This document shows, piece by piece, positions 36,613 through 45,967 of a DNA stretch of 64,000 bases. The number at the start of each line of letters is the position of its first letter. Position 1 is the stretch's first letter. A program made the position numbers and the translations under genes. Below the pieces are notes generated by a model that was given only the letters and a program-made list of their open reading frames with translations, did no database searches and had not been told where the DNA came from. Origin of the DNA: Nitrospirales bacterium (GTDB taxonomy: Bacteria > Nitrospirota > Nitrospiria > Nitrospirales > UBA8639); the NCBI GenBank assembly GCA_965223295.1, contig CBDCWC010000002.1, positions 992,001 to 1,056,000 of the forward strand. The letters are read 5' to 3'.

Positions 36613-37310
36613 ATTGTTTCTCCTGTTGAGTTGACCTGCATGACGGGATCTGGCAACCGCGCGTCTTGAAACCCTTCTTGACGAATACGACAACTATCAC
36701 AACGGCCGCATGGACGATTGTCAGCCTCAGGCTGATAACAACTGCTCGTGTATTGAAACGGCACCTGAAGCCCTTGTCCTTTTTGAATAATCTCGCGTTT
36801 GGTCATGAAAAGCAAGGGCGCCACGATTTCAACGGCTGCCCCCTCTTGTCCTAACCGGGTTCCCTGTTTTGCTACTTCCGTAAACGCCTTGATGAACTCT
36901 GGACGGCAATCAGGATATCCTGAATAATCACGAATATTCGCGCCAAAGAAAATCTTAAAAGCCCCTAACACTTCAGCATAGGCTAGAGCTAAACTCAGAA
37001 AGATAGTATTACGGGCAGGCACATAGGTTGAGGGAATCTCCCGCTCATTCATGACTCGATCAGTCGGTACGGGAATTTCATCAGTCAAGGCCGAACCACC
37101 AAACACACGCAAATCTAGTTGCAGGATTTTATGATCAAGAACTTCGAACCAGGCTCCAACTTTCTTGGCACATTCGATTTCAAAACGATGGCGTTGCCCG
37201 TAGTCGATTGTTAGAAAATTCAGATCACAACCTTCCCTCTTGGCAATAGCCGCCGTCACAGTCGAATCCAATCCACCACTGGCTAATATTACAACAGGAC
37301 AACCCGCCAT
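36609..37310 (-). CDS. queC: 7-cyano-7-deazaguanine synthase
   Basis: SGGLDS, DYGQRH, TYVPARN, DYSGYPDCRPEF, SCY...CGRCDSC. Confidence 0.96.
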   Translation of the reverse strand: MAGCPVVILASGGLDSTVTAAIAKREGCDLNFLTIDYGQRHRFEIECAKKVGAWFEVLDHKILQLDLRVFGGSALTDEIPVPTDRVMNEREIPSTYVPARNTIFLSLALAYAEVLGAFKIFFGANIRDYSGYPDCRPEFIKAFTEVAKQGTRLGQEGAAVEIVAPLLFMTKREIIQKGQGLQVPFQYTSSCYQPEADNRPCGRCDSCRIRQEGFQDARLPDPVMQVNSTGETI

Positions 37311-37509
37311 CACATACCTTTTCTGGACAGATGAAGACCATGGATTTCCAGAAAAATGTCTGGACAAGGACAACAGGTATTGCCGTGAGGCCAACTCATT
37401 GTTATGAAGGTTAACAGAAAGTCTTAAAAAGCGGGAAGTGGCGATCTCGAACATGCGTGAGAAGAGAACAACGAGAAAGCCCAGACTGAGGGAAAAGCTG
37501 TTCGGTTAA

Positions 37510-38061
37510 CTATGAACGTTGTTCTGATCGCTCAATTTTTTCCATCAGTTCACGTTTTGATTGGCACTCCACGCACAAGCGTGCAAACGGCAGAGCGTGA
37601 AGACGTTTTTCGCTAATTTCTTCTCCGCAGTCGGCACACATGCCATAAGTACCTTCCTCCAAACTATCTAAAGCATCATCAATGAGCTGTCGCTCCCGAT
37701 TCCGCATTTCTTGAAGAGAAATGCCCATCTCACGCTCCAAATCCACCAACGCCTGATCACCGCTATCCATGGCAGCTTCCAGGCGACGTTGCTGCTCTTC
37801 GGTGACCGATTGCCCCAATTGCTGTTTAATTTCTTGGATAATCGCCTCACGTTTCGCCAGCAAAATATCCTTGAGCGCAGCATGACGATCAACTGCTCCG
37901 CCTTTTTTCTTGGCTTTTTTTGAAGCAGGGGCCGACTTCGAAGAAACCTTAGCGGGCTCTTTTTTCTTCGTCTTTTTGGGAGAAGATACTGTCGACTTTG
38001 CCGTTTTTTTCACACGTGTCGTGGTGGGCTTTGTTTCCTTCTTCCCCGATCGTGCGGCCAT
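37510..38061 (-). CDS. TraR/DksA-family regulator with Lys-rich N-terminus
   Basis: DSGDQA coiled-coil tip; GTYGMCADCGEEI..KRL.ALPFARLCVECQ zinc finger. Confidence 0.9.
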   Translation of the reverse strand: MAARSGKKETKPTTTRVKKTAKSTVSSPKKTKKKEPAKVSSKSAPASKKAKKKGGAVDRHAALKDILLAKREAIIQEIKQQLGQSVTEEQQRRLEAAMDSGDQALVDLEREMGISLQEMRNRERQLIDDALDSLEEGTYGMCADCGEEISEKRLHALPFARLCVECQSKRELMEKIERSEQRS

Positions 38062-38181
38062 ACCAATATTCCTTTCCCCATTGGGAGATGAGCCAACTCA
38101 TGACCTTCTTGAGAAGATCATGTCTTCAAAACACCAACACCATAAACATCTACACTTCACTCCATCGTGCCCAACCGTGGG

Positions 38182-38697
38182 TCAGGCATAACTAACTAAG
38201 GAATGGACGTCATACCCATCAATTTTTTTTCGGCCTTCAAGCTCAAGAAGTTCAACTAACACACCGACTCCCGCAATGTTTCCGCCTAACTGTCGGACTA
38301 ATTGGACCGTGGCTGAAGCCGTTCCTCCTGTGGCTAAGAGATCGTCTAAAACAAGAACGGTCTCCCCTTCCTGAATGGCATCACGATGAATCGCGAGAGA
38401 ATTTGACCCGTATTCTAAGTTGTATTTTACTTCAAAAATATCGGCAGGCAGCTTCCCTGGCTTTCGAACAGGAACAAATCCAGCATTTAGGTGATACGCT
38501 AGAGGACTGGCAAAAATAAATCCGCGGGATTCAATGCCAACCACTTTAGCAATATTGGCTCCCTGATAATATTGAACAAGTTCGTCGATAATAGCACGCA
38601 AACATGCCGGTTCCTTTAAGAGTGTCGTGATGTCATAAAACAAAATCCCTGGCTTGGGAAAATCTGGAACTTCTCGAATATAGGACTTGTAATTCAT
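38182..38697 (-). CDS. apt: Adenine phosphoribosyltransferase
   Basis: [44 protein letters not shown]. Confidence 0.97.
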   Translation of the reverse strand: MNYKSYIREVPDFPKPGILFYDITTLLKEPACLRAIIDELVQYYQGANIAKVVGIESRGFIFASPLAYHLNAGFVPVRKPGKLPADIFEVKYNLEYGSNSLAIHRDAIQEGETVLVLDDLLATGGTASATVQLVRQLGGNIAGVGVLVELLELEGRKKIDGYDVHSLVSYA

Positions 38698-38780
38698 TCA
38701 GTAGACTTATCAATACATATCTAAATTTTGACCAGGGCTTAGAACAATATCCCCCTTCTCTAAGGAGAGAATTTTCAAAA

Positions 38781-39065
38781 TTAGTCACGTAGAATGACAA
38801 ACCCTTGAGTGTGCCTGTTTGAATCTTTCCAGTCAACTAATATTTCGGTGACTTCAGAAAATCGAGGACCTTCATTAAGAACTTTCAAGAACGCCTCCAG
38901 CTCTTCCCTTGGACCTTCAGCTTCCAGTTCAACGGACCCATCTGCACGATTTTTCACCCATCCCTGTAGTCTTTTTTGGAAGGCGTGATGCTGAGTAAAT
39001 GCCCGAAAGCCTACACCTTGGACCCGTCCAGTCACGACAGCATGGATACGAACGATCCTGTCCAT
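38781..39065 (-). CDS. acyP: Acylphosphatase
   Basis: GRVQGVGFR, GWVKN..DGSVE. Confidence 0.94.
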   Translation of the reverse strand: MDRIVRIHAVVTGRVQGVGFRAFTQHHAFQKRLQGWVKNRADGSVELEAEGPREELEAFLKVLNEGPRFSEVTEILVDWKDSNRHTQGFVILRD

Positions 39066-39110
39066 ATTTTCTTCCTCGATCTCTAAAAAAAGCAAACGCT
39101 GATGGATTTT

Positions 39111-40577
39111 TCAGAAACTCGTTCCTGGGGATGTATTTTGAAAGGACTGCATCAGACGCTCAGCAACCTGCCCCCCTTCTCGAATACAATCAGGAATGCC
39201 AATTCCGCAGAGCCCCGCTCCGATGATCTGGAGACGTGGGCTTGACGCCATAAGCTCTTTGAGTTTGGCAACCCTATCTTGATGACCGATGACATATTGC
39301 GGCATCCCCCGGACCCAGCGATGCACTTCCCTATAGTTGGGGGGACTGACGATCCCGATGATGGCTTGCAGTTCTTGACGGATGACTTCCACCAGGCAAT
39401 CATCATCTTGGTCTAGAATATGCTCACGACCTCTTCCCCCCACATAGCACCGAATCAGTGTTTCCCCTTTTGAGCTACGGTCTGGCCATTTTAGCGATGT
39501 CCATGTGCCTGCAAAAATGGGCCGTTGCTCTTTTCGAGGGACAACAAATCCGAACCCTCGAATCTGCCCTATTACCGCTTCCGTGGGATAAGCAAGAGAT
39601 ACCGTTGCTGTTGAAGTATAAGGAATTTGACTTAATACCGCTGCGGCTTCCGGCTGAAAATTCTGAAGAAGCTGTGCCGTTTGATAAGCCGGAGTTGTAA
39701 GAACCACTGCATCTGCTAAAAGCTTGGAACCATTTTCTAAATGGAGAGAATATTTTCTATCATTTTCAACAGTCGCTTGAAACGGGAGACATCCGGCACC
39801 AGACATTAATTGTACACCACCTTCCGTGAGCCGCTGAATTAATGTCTTAATAAGGTCTCCTAAACCATTTCGAAGTGTCATAAATAACGAGGACGGTGTT
39901 GACCCCGAAGGCTTGGGGACTTGCTGAGCTTTAGCTTGAACAGCGCGCATACCTTTAATGACGCTTCCATATTCTTGTTCTAATTCTCGAAACCGTGGAA
40001 ACGTCGCTTCAAGACTGAGTTCCTCTGCATCACCCGCGTATATTCCTGCGACCAACGGCTCAATAAGATAATCAAAGGCTTCCGTTCCAAACCGCCGCCG
40101 AAAAAAACTCGCTAAGGATTCCTCTCCCCTTTTCGAAGATGCTTTAGGCCAAAACCGTTCTGCCCCCATACGAAGGAGCCCGCGCCAGGACAACAAGCCT
40201 CCAGAGACAAGAGTATCCACTCGTTGCGGGCGAAAGCTTAGTAAGCCTTGTGGCAACTCCCGCAACGCGCCACGGCATAATGAAAACGTCCGATTATTTT
40301 CTGTAATGGTCGGAATGAGTTGACTCTCAAGTCCTAAGGTCCGGCACAAGGCCAGAGCCCAGGGCTTGGATGTTAAAAATGAATCTGGCCCCCCTTCGAT
40401 GAGAAGGTTGGCAGGATGATTGGTCAGAATTTTCCCGCCCCATCGGGTATCCCGCTCAACAACCGTGCATTGTATTGGCAATTCATGTTTTTTTGCTTCC
40501 TCCATGACAAAAAATGCCGTAGAGAGTCCTGAAATCCCACCACCCACAACGACGACATGATAGGAAGATTGTGGCAC
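39111..40577 (-). CDS. hemG: FAD-dependent proto/coproporphyrinogen oxidase (HemY-type)
   Basis: VVGGGISGL, IEGGPDSFL, GIYAGD, GFGFVVP, MPQY..GH, GIGIPDCI. Confidence 0.93.
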   Translation of the reverse strand: MPQSSYHVVVVGGGISGLSTAFFVMEEAKKHELPIQCTVVERDTRWGGKILTNHPANLLIEGGPDSFLTSKPWALALCRTLGLESQLIPTITENNRTFSLCRGALRELPQGLLSFRPQRVDTLVSGGLLSWRGLLRMGAERFWPKASSKRGEESLASFFRRRFGTEAFDYLIEPLVAGIYAGDAEELSLEATFPRFRELEQEYGSVIKGMRAVQAKAQQVPKPSGSTPSSLFMTLRNGLGDLIKTLIQRLTEGGVQLMSGAGCLPFQATVENDRKYSLHLENGSKLLADAVVLTTPAYQTAQLLQNFQPEAAAVLSQIPYTSTATVSLAYPTEAVIGQIRGFGFVVPRKEQRPIFAGTWTSLKWPDRSSKGETLIRCYVGGRGREHILDQDDDCLVEVIRQELQAIIGIVSPPNYREVHRWVRGMPQYVIGHQDRVAKLKELMASSPRLQIIGAGLCGIGIPDCIREGGQVAERLMQSFQNTSPGTSF

Positions 40578-40686
40578 GTTTTCTTACGTGAGCAAGAGAC
40601 CGGAACTATTGTGAGAAGGAGAGGAGATGATACATCACGAAGGTTCTGACCTGAAAAGCGACCGGAATGTTCACTGAAATTACCAA

Positions 40687-41724
40687 TTAGACAGCCTGAA
40701 CATCTCGGGAGAAGCGATGAACGCAGTCAATCGCAAAGTCTACATTGTGCAATGGCGTGGTTGGGAGAATTCCATGACCCAAATTAAATATATGTCCGGG
40801 CCGCCCGCCAGCTTGTTGCATAATAGCTCGCACACGCCGTTCAATTTCCTTTTCTGATGCAAACAAGACCATAGGATCGAGATTTCCCTGAATTCCCATA
40901 TCATGTCCGACCAAGTTCCATCCTTCATCCAAGCGGACGCGCCAATCAACACCCATGACATCACCTCCGGCTTTGCGCATCAACGGCAGCAATCCAGTTG
41001 TTCCCGTTCCAAAATAAATAAGTGGAATCCCTTCCACTCGCAAGGCCGAAAAAATTGATTGGACATGAGGCAAGACATATTCTTCATAATCGCCAGGGCT
41101 TAAACACCCAACCCAGCTATCAAAGAGTTGGATAGCTTGAGCCCCAGCCCGGCTTTGAACTCGCAAATATTCAATGACGACAGCAGAGAGTTTGGAAAGA
41201 AGCTGATGCCAGACGGTTGGCTGTGAAAACATCAGTTGCTTTGTTCTGGCATAATCTCGAGAGCTGCCTCCCTCTATCGCATAACTCGCTAAGGTAAATG
41301 GCGCCCCCGCAAATCCGATTAATGGAACTCGACTCTCTAAGGCCCCAAGCGCTTGACGGATGGCTTCCCCGGCATAGCCGAATGCTTCACCATCAACGGC
41401 TCGAAGCTCCACAATACCCATCTCTCCCCGAATGGGATTATCAATGACGGGTCCTTTGCCTTCGATAAATTCCAGATGAAGCCCCATGGCTTCTAACGGC
41501 AGCAAAATATCTGCAAAGATAATGGCCGCATCTAACTGAAAACGTTGAATAGGCTGGAGAGTGACTTCCGCAGCCAGTGACGGCGTTTTACAAACTTCTA
41601 AAATAGAATGCCGGCGGCGAATGGCCTGGTATTCTGCCATGTACCGCCCCGCCTGCCGCATAAACCACACCGGCGTCCGGTCCACTGCTTGACGAAGACA
41701 CGCCTTTAAAAATCGATCATTCAT
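40687..41724 (-). CDS. hemE: Uroporphyrinogen decarboxylase
   Basis: PVWFMRQAGRY, DAAIIFADIL, IGFAGAPFTLASY, QGNLDP, HIFNLGHGI. Confidence 0.97.
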   Translation of the reverse strand: MNDRFLKACLRQAVDRTPVWFMRQAGRYMAEYQAIRRRHSILEVCKTPSLAAEVTLQPIQRFQLDAAIIFADILLPLEAMGLHLEFIEGKGPVIDNPIRGEMGIVELRAVDGEAFGYAGEAIRQALGALESRVPLIGFAGAPFTLASYAIEGGSSRDYARTKQLMFSQPTVWHQLLSKLSAVVIEYLRVQSRAGAQAIQLFDSWVGCLSPGDYEEYVLPHVQSIFSALRVEGIPLIYFGTGTTGLLPLMRKAGGDVMGVDWRVRLDEGWNLVGHDMGIQGNLDPMVLFASEKEIERRVRAIMQQAGGRPGHIFNLGHGILPTTPLHNVDFAIDCVHRFSRDVQAV

Positions 41725-41812
41725 GTGGGCATTCTACGAAGCACAAAATACGGAGTCAATGAACGAAGGAAGCCCTAGCCTCACATGCTTGCAATGAGTG
41801 TTCTGGTAATAG

Positions 41813-42259
41813 TTAGGATAAAGACCGCACGATTTGTGGGCCTAACGTTTCATAAATACGTTGAGAGTCTTTATGTACCGTATCCCATTCTGCTTCAGCC
41901 ATCACCCAAGCATCATCTGGTTCCAGTTCAATACGATAATGCTGTTCATCTAGAGAGAACCATTCAAAATAGGGATGAGGGGGAAGCAAAGGGTGCGGAT
42001 CAAAAGAGAGCAAACTCACTTTCCCAATGTGTGGAATGGCAAAATCCTCCAAAAACCCTCCAGCATGAGGATCATCGATAAATTTAGGATTTCTAAACTG
42101 AATAACTTGTCCGGCAAGATCATTATGTAATCCGCCAGCCAGACAAAAATCTACGACTCCTAATGCTGCAAAAGTGACTTGACCAACCACGACATCGCCA
42201 GAGCGATTGTCAAAGAATCCTTCTTTCACCCATCGAGCGTTCCCGAATTTTTGTGCCAT
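41813..42259 (-). CDS. Hypothetical protein
   Basis: Start at MAQKFGNARWVKEGFFDNR avoids overlap with the next gene; FDPHPLLPPHPYFEWFS. Confidence 0.7.
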   Translation of the reverse strand: MAQKFGNARWVKEGFFDNRSGDVVVGQVTFAALGVVDFCLAGGLHNDLAGQVIQFRNPKFIDDPHAGGFLEDFAIPHIGKVSLLSFDPHPLLPPHPYFEWFSLDEQHYRIELEPDDAWVMAEAEWDTVHKDSQRIYETLGPQIVRSLS

Positions 42260-42326
42260 ACAGAAATCCCGTCTACAAAACTTAAGATAATGCTTGGGGC
42301 GCTGGAGTGAAATACGAGAGAGGAAA

Positions 42327-42575
42327 CTACGGCTTACAGACAGGGCATTTAAGTTGGGATGCGGCATCTGTATTTTCCAGCGCATCTAATGCTGAATCTT
42401 TATCGGGATATTCTTCCCACCCACCTTCCCAGAAGTCAGACCGGTGCGGCACGGAAGGCACCTCTAAACATCGATCTTTATGGATCATCGCCTGATCAAG
42501 AGAGCGCTTGAGATGTATCCAATATCCCATCGTGTTCTTCCATATTCTATGCCTTTTCTCATAAATAAAGGGCAT
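42327..42575 (-). CDS. Small hypothetical His/Cys protein
   Basis: 82 aa; IH..RC and terminal CPVCKP suggest metal binding. Confidence 0.55.
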   Translation of the reverse strand: MPFIYEKRHRIWKNTMGYWIHLKRSLDQAMIHKDRCLEVPSVPHRSDFWEGGWEEYPDKDSALDALENTDAASQLKCPVCKP

Positions 42576-42632
42576 ATTGTATGCATATAGAGAGTTTATC
42601 GTGAATGGAAGGAGAAAAACCAGGAAGGGATC

Positions 42633-42812
42633 TTAATCCTCGAGTAGTTGCCATTCATCTTTATCAATAAAGACTTTTTGGCCGGCCTCAAGCTTGGCCT
42701 TACCTTCCTTATCGAAAAATTGCATGTATCGCTCAATGCGATCCGCTTCATCAATACGCTCTTCTTTCATCATGCCTGTGGGCAATTTGAATCGACGAAT
42801 AAGCACTGCCAT
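42633..42812 (-). CDS. 59-aa hypothetical protein (not in the ORF track)
   Basis: MAVLIRRFKLPTGMMKEERIDEADRIERYMQFFDKEGKAKLEAGQKVFIDKDEWQLLED; GGGAGG RBS upstream. Confidence 0.75.
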   Translation of the reverse strand: MAVLIRRFKLPTGMMKEERIDEADRIERYMQFFDKEGKAKLEAGQKVFIDKDEWQLLED

Positions 42813-43009
42813 TGCAAACCCTCCCTATTATTGACGAACGTTGAGTCTATAGGACTACCTAGGAAGCGTCAAGATCTTCAGGCATCATTCTCCCGTAATC
42901 CTAGGAGGGGCGATGCTTCCCTCACCGTATTGGCGGGACGAACTCAAATTCCTATATAATTTGGTGATTATCCTCTTGAGATTTCGTCTTTCATGAAAGG
43001 AGCCACGTC

Positions 43010-43309
43010 ATGCCATTATATGAATATATCTGTGAAACCTGTGAACATGGGTTCGAAGCCATGCAAGCGTTGAGCAGCAAACCGGAAGAAACCACATGTC
43101 CAAAATGTCAAAAGACTCACTGCCGCCGCATCATGTCCTCCTTTGCCTCGAAAATTGTTGGCACCCATAAACCCGGCTTTGCTGAAGATAAAGCTTATGC
43201 CATGCACGATGAACGAATGGAAAAATTCAAGAAACTTCCACCCATCTCGGGGATGCGTGCCGCCCCAACCGAAGCCAACTCTCAGCCAGGGCCAGGCGAG
43301 TCATGGTAA
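43010..43309 (+). CDS. FmdB-family zinc-ribbon protein
   Basis: MPLYEYICETCEHGFE...CPKC; AAGGAG RBS. Confidence 0.9.
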   Translation: MPLYEYICETCEHGFEAMQALSSKPEETTCPKCQKTHCRRIMSSFASKIVGTHKPGFAEDKAYAMHDERMEKFKKLPPISGMRAAPTEANSQPGPGESW

Positions 43310-43511
43310 AGAACCCGCCATTGGCCTAACAGAGCATTGACTGGCAGATTTCCCTCTACCTTTCTCGATCTCAATAATTTTCCTCTTGACATTCATTTCC
43401 TGAAACGGGAAAGATGCCTCGTTTTTGGCATTCATTTTCGCTGTATTGGCATTGCTCTTTTTGTCGCTGATCCTTACTCAAAAATTTTGAAAACCTTCGG
43501 AATCTTTTTTC

Positions 43512-44408
43512 TTGATGCTTCGACTTATACACAGAGATCAACCGATTTCCTTATTGGCCTTCGGCATGGCTGGATTAGTTGTCTGCTTACTCCTCCCCAC
43601 CGCTCCTTTGTCTGCACAAAAAACATTTTCCACCCAACACCATAACAATCAAGAGGATTCCCCTCCTTCGAAAACAATTCTTCTCTCTGGGAACGGCCCT
43701 GAGCGATACCTCATGGAAATCCTTGCCGAGGCCTTTGAGCAAAAACATCCGTCGATTTCTGTGGATTTCTTCTGGCATCCAAATGCGAGACCGATCCGCA
43801 TGTTGGAACTTGGAGAAGCCGATATCGCCATTACTGGAGAAAAAATCCCAGCTATGCGTTCCACGATGATGGCTCGGGATGGAATTGCCGTACTGACAAA
43901 TTTTTCGAATCCCGTCAAAGAAATGACCTCTGAACAATTAGCGGAAGTCTTTTCAGGTAAACTTCGTTATTGGTCTGAGGTCTACGAAGAGGCCCCTCAA
44001 ACCAAAATTGTGTTAGTCAATCGTTCAACGAACCAAAACATCAGACAGGGCTTTGAGGCACAGCTTAGGATTCCCAAGGGAATTCCACGAACAGCCTACC
44101 GTGCAGAAACTGAAAAGGAAGCGATTACCATGGTGAGTGGAAATCTTGAAGCTATCACGTTTGTCTCCATGACCCCTGCCCTTCGTGCCAAAGAAGATGG
44201 GGTTGCGATTAATCTCCTCTTCATTGATAAGGTTGAACCTGAAGTCCAAACCGTTCTTGATAAACGCTATCCTTTGCAACGGCCAATCATGCTCATTTCG
44301 AACACACAACCATCTGAGAACGTGTTGGCCTTTGAACAATTCATTCTCTCTCCAGAAGGCCAGCGTCTCGTCAAAAAAGGCCGATACTATCAACTCAGTG
44401 ATCGCTAG
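43512..44408 (+). CDS. PstS-like (PBP superfamily) substrate-binding protein
   Basis: Signal peptide; ARDGIAV..N.SNPV..LT.EQL..FSG, YPLQRP, FILSPEGQ; canonical phosphate-binding Ser/Gly motifs diverged. Confidence 0.8.
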   Translation: MMLRLIHRDQPISLLAFGMAGLVVCLLLPTAPLSAQKTFSTQHHNNQEDSPPSKTILLSGNGPERYLMEILAEAFEQKHPSISVDFFWHPNARPIRMLELGEADIAITGEKIPAMRSTMMARDGIAVLTNFSNPVKEMTSEQLAEVFSGKLRYWSEVYEEAPQTKIVLVNRSTNQNIRQGFEAQLRIPKGIPRTAYRAETEKEAITMVSGNLEAITFVSMTPALRAKEDGVAINLLFIDKVEPEVQTVLDKRYPLQRPIMLISNTQPSENVLAFEQFILSPEGQRLVKKGRYYQLSDR

Positions 44409-44495
44409 AATAAAAGGAACGACAATTGGGTGCTGACCTGTTAGGATCCAGCGGATACAATTCACGACTCAAATTTTTCACGCGAACAACCTTCT

Positions 44496-45914
44496 ATGTT
44501 TAATAAAGTCTTAGTGGCAAATCGAGGCGAAATCGCCATGCGCATCATCCGCGCATGCCGGGAATTCGGCATCGCCACCGCTGCCATTTATTCTGAAAGT
44601 GATGCGACTGCCATCTATGTCAAAAAAGCCAACGAAGCCTATTTGGTGGGTCCAGGCCCAGTACAAGGCTATTTAGATGCACGGCAGATTGTGGGATTGG
44701 CGAAACGTATTCGAGCGGACGCCATTCATCCCGGCTATGGCTTTCTGGCTGAAAATGCAGAATTTGCTAAGCTGTGTGAAGAAGCTGGCATCAACTTTAT
44801 TGGTCCCTCGCCTTATTCCCTTGATTTGTTAGGCGATAAAGTGAAAGCTCGCGAACTCGCTATCAAAATTGGCGTTCCCGTCGTTCCAGGAACAGACGGA
44901 AGCGTCGACTCACTAGAGGAAGGACTCGCCTTTTCCCGAGGAGCGGGCTATCCCGTCATGGTGAAAGCCAGCGCAGGAGGTGGTGGACGAGGATTGCGAG
45001 TGGTGCGCTCGGATGAAGAACTCAAAGATGCCATGGAAGCGGGCGCTCGTGAAGCTCAAGCTGCCTTTGGCAATGGTGAATTGTTTATTGAAAAATATAT
45101 TGAGCGGCCTCATCATATTGAATTCCAATTGTTAGCAGATAAAAACGGTTATGTGATTCATCTAGGAGAACGTGATTGCTCCATTCAACGGCGGCATCAA
45201 AAACTCATTGAAATTGCCCCTTCCCTTGTCTTGACTCCCCGCCTTCGCGCCGAAATGGGGGAAGCTGCCATTGCCATAGCTCGGGCCGCTCAGTTTTACA
45301 ATGCCGGAACCATTGAGTTTCTCCTTGACCCCGATGGCCGCTATTATTTCATCGAAATGAATCCACGCATTCAGGTAGAACATACTGTCACGGAACAAAT
45401 TACCACAGTTGATATTGTCCAATCACAACTCTGGATCGCCGCCGGACGTCCATTGGTCTTTGGCCAGCATGAGGTCAATCTTCAAGGATATGCCATCCAA
45501 ACCCGGATCAATGCTGAAGACCCGCAAAATGACTTTCGACCCTCTTCAGGGAAAATCACCGCCTATCTTTCTCCAGGAGGAGTTGGTGTACGCATAGACG
45601 GCGCCGTCTATAAGGACTATACCGTCCCCCCTTACTATGATGCCCTGTTGGCCAAGCTCACCGTGCATGGCCGCACTTGGGATGAAACCGTCCGCCGGAC
45701 CCATCGCTCACTTGAAGAATTTATGCTGAGAGGCGTCAAAACCACGATTCCATTTTTAACCAAAGTCATGGAAGAACCCGATTTCCGGGCCGGGCGGTTT
45801 GATACCAGTTACTTTGAAAACCATCCAGGATTATTTGATTATGAAGCAATGGAAGAACCAGAAGATTTAGTTGTTGCCCTTTCAGCGGTGATTGCCGCGT
45901 ATGAAGGCTTATGA
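44496..45914 (+). CDS. Biotin carboxylase subunit of a two-subunit pyruvate/2-oxoglutarate carboxylase
   Basis: VANRGEIA, IHPGYGFLAEN, KASAGGGGRG, ERDCSIQRRHQK, EMNPRIQVEH. Confidence 0.93.
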   Translation: MFNKVLVANRGEIAMRIIRACREFGIATAAIYSESDATAIYVKKANEAYLVGPGPVQGYLDARQIVGLAKRIRADAIHPGYGFLAENAEFAKLCEEAGINFIGPSPYSLDLLGDKVKARELAIKIGVPVVPGTDGSVDSLEEGLAFSRGAGYPVMVKASAGGGGRGLRVVRSDEELKDAMEAGAREAQAAFGNGELFIEKYIERPHHIEFQLLADKNGYVIHLGERDCSIQRRHQKLIEIAPSLVLTPRLRAEMGEAAIAIARAAQFYNAGTIEFLLDPDGRYYFIEMNPRIQVEHTVTEQITTVDIVQSQLWIAAGRPLVFGQHEVNLQGYAIQTRINAEDPQNDFRPSSGKITAYLSPGGVGVRIDGAVYKDYTVPPYYDALLAKLTVHGRTWDETVRRTHRSLEEFMLRGVKTTIPFLTKVMEEPDFRAGRFDTSYFENHPGLFDYEAMEEPEDLVVALSAVIAAYEGL

Positions 45915-45967
45915 GTATCTTGGTCGACTTAACATTTGGCATCCGTTGAACATGTGAAAGGCTGCTT

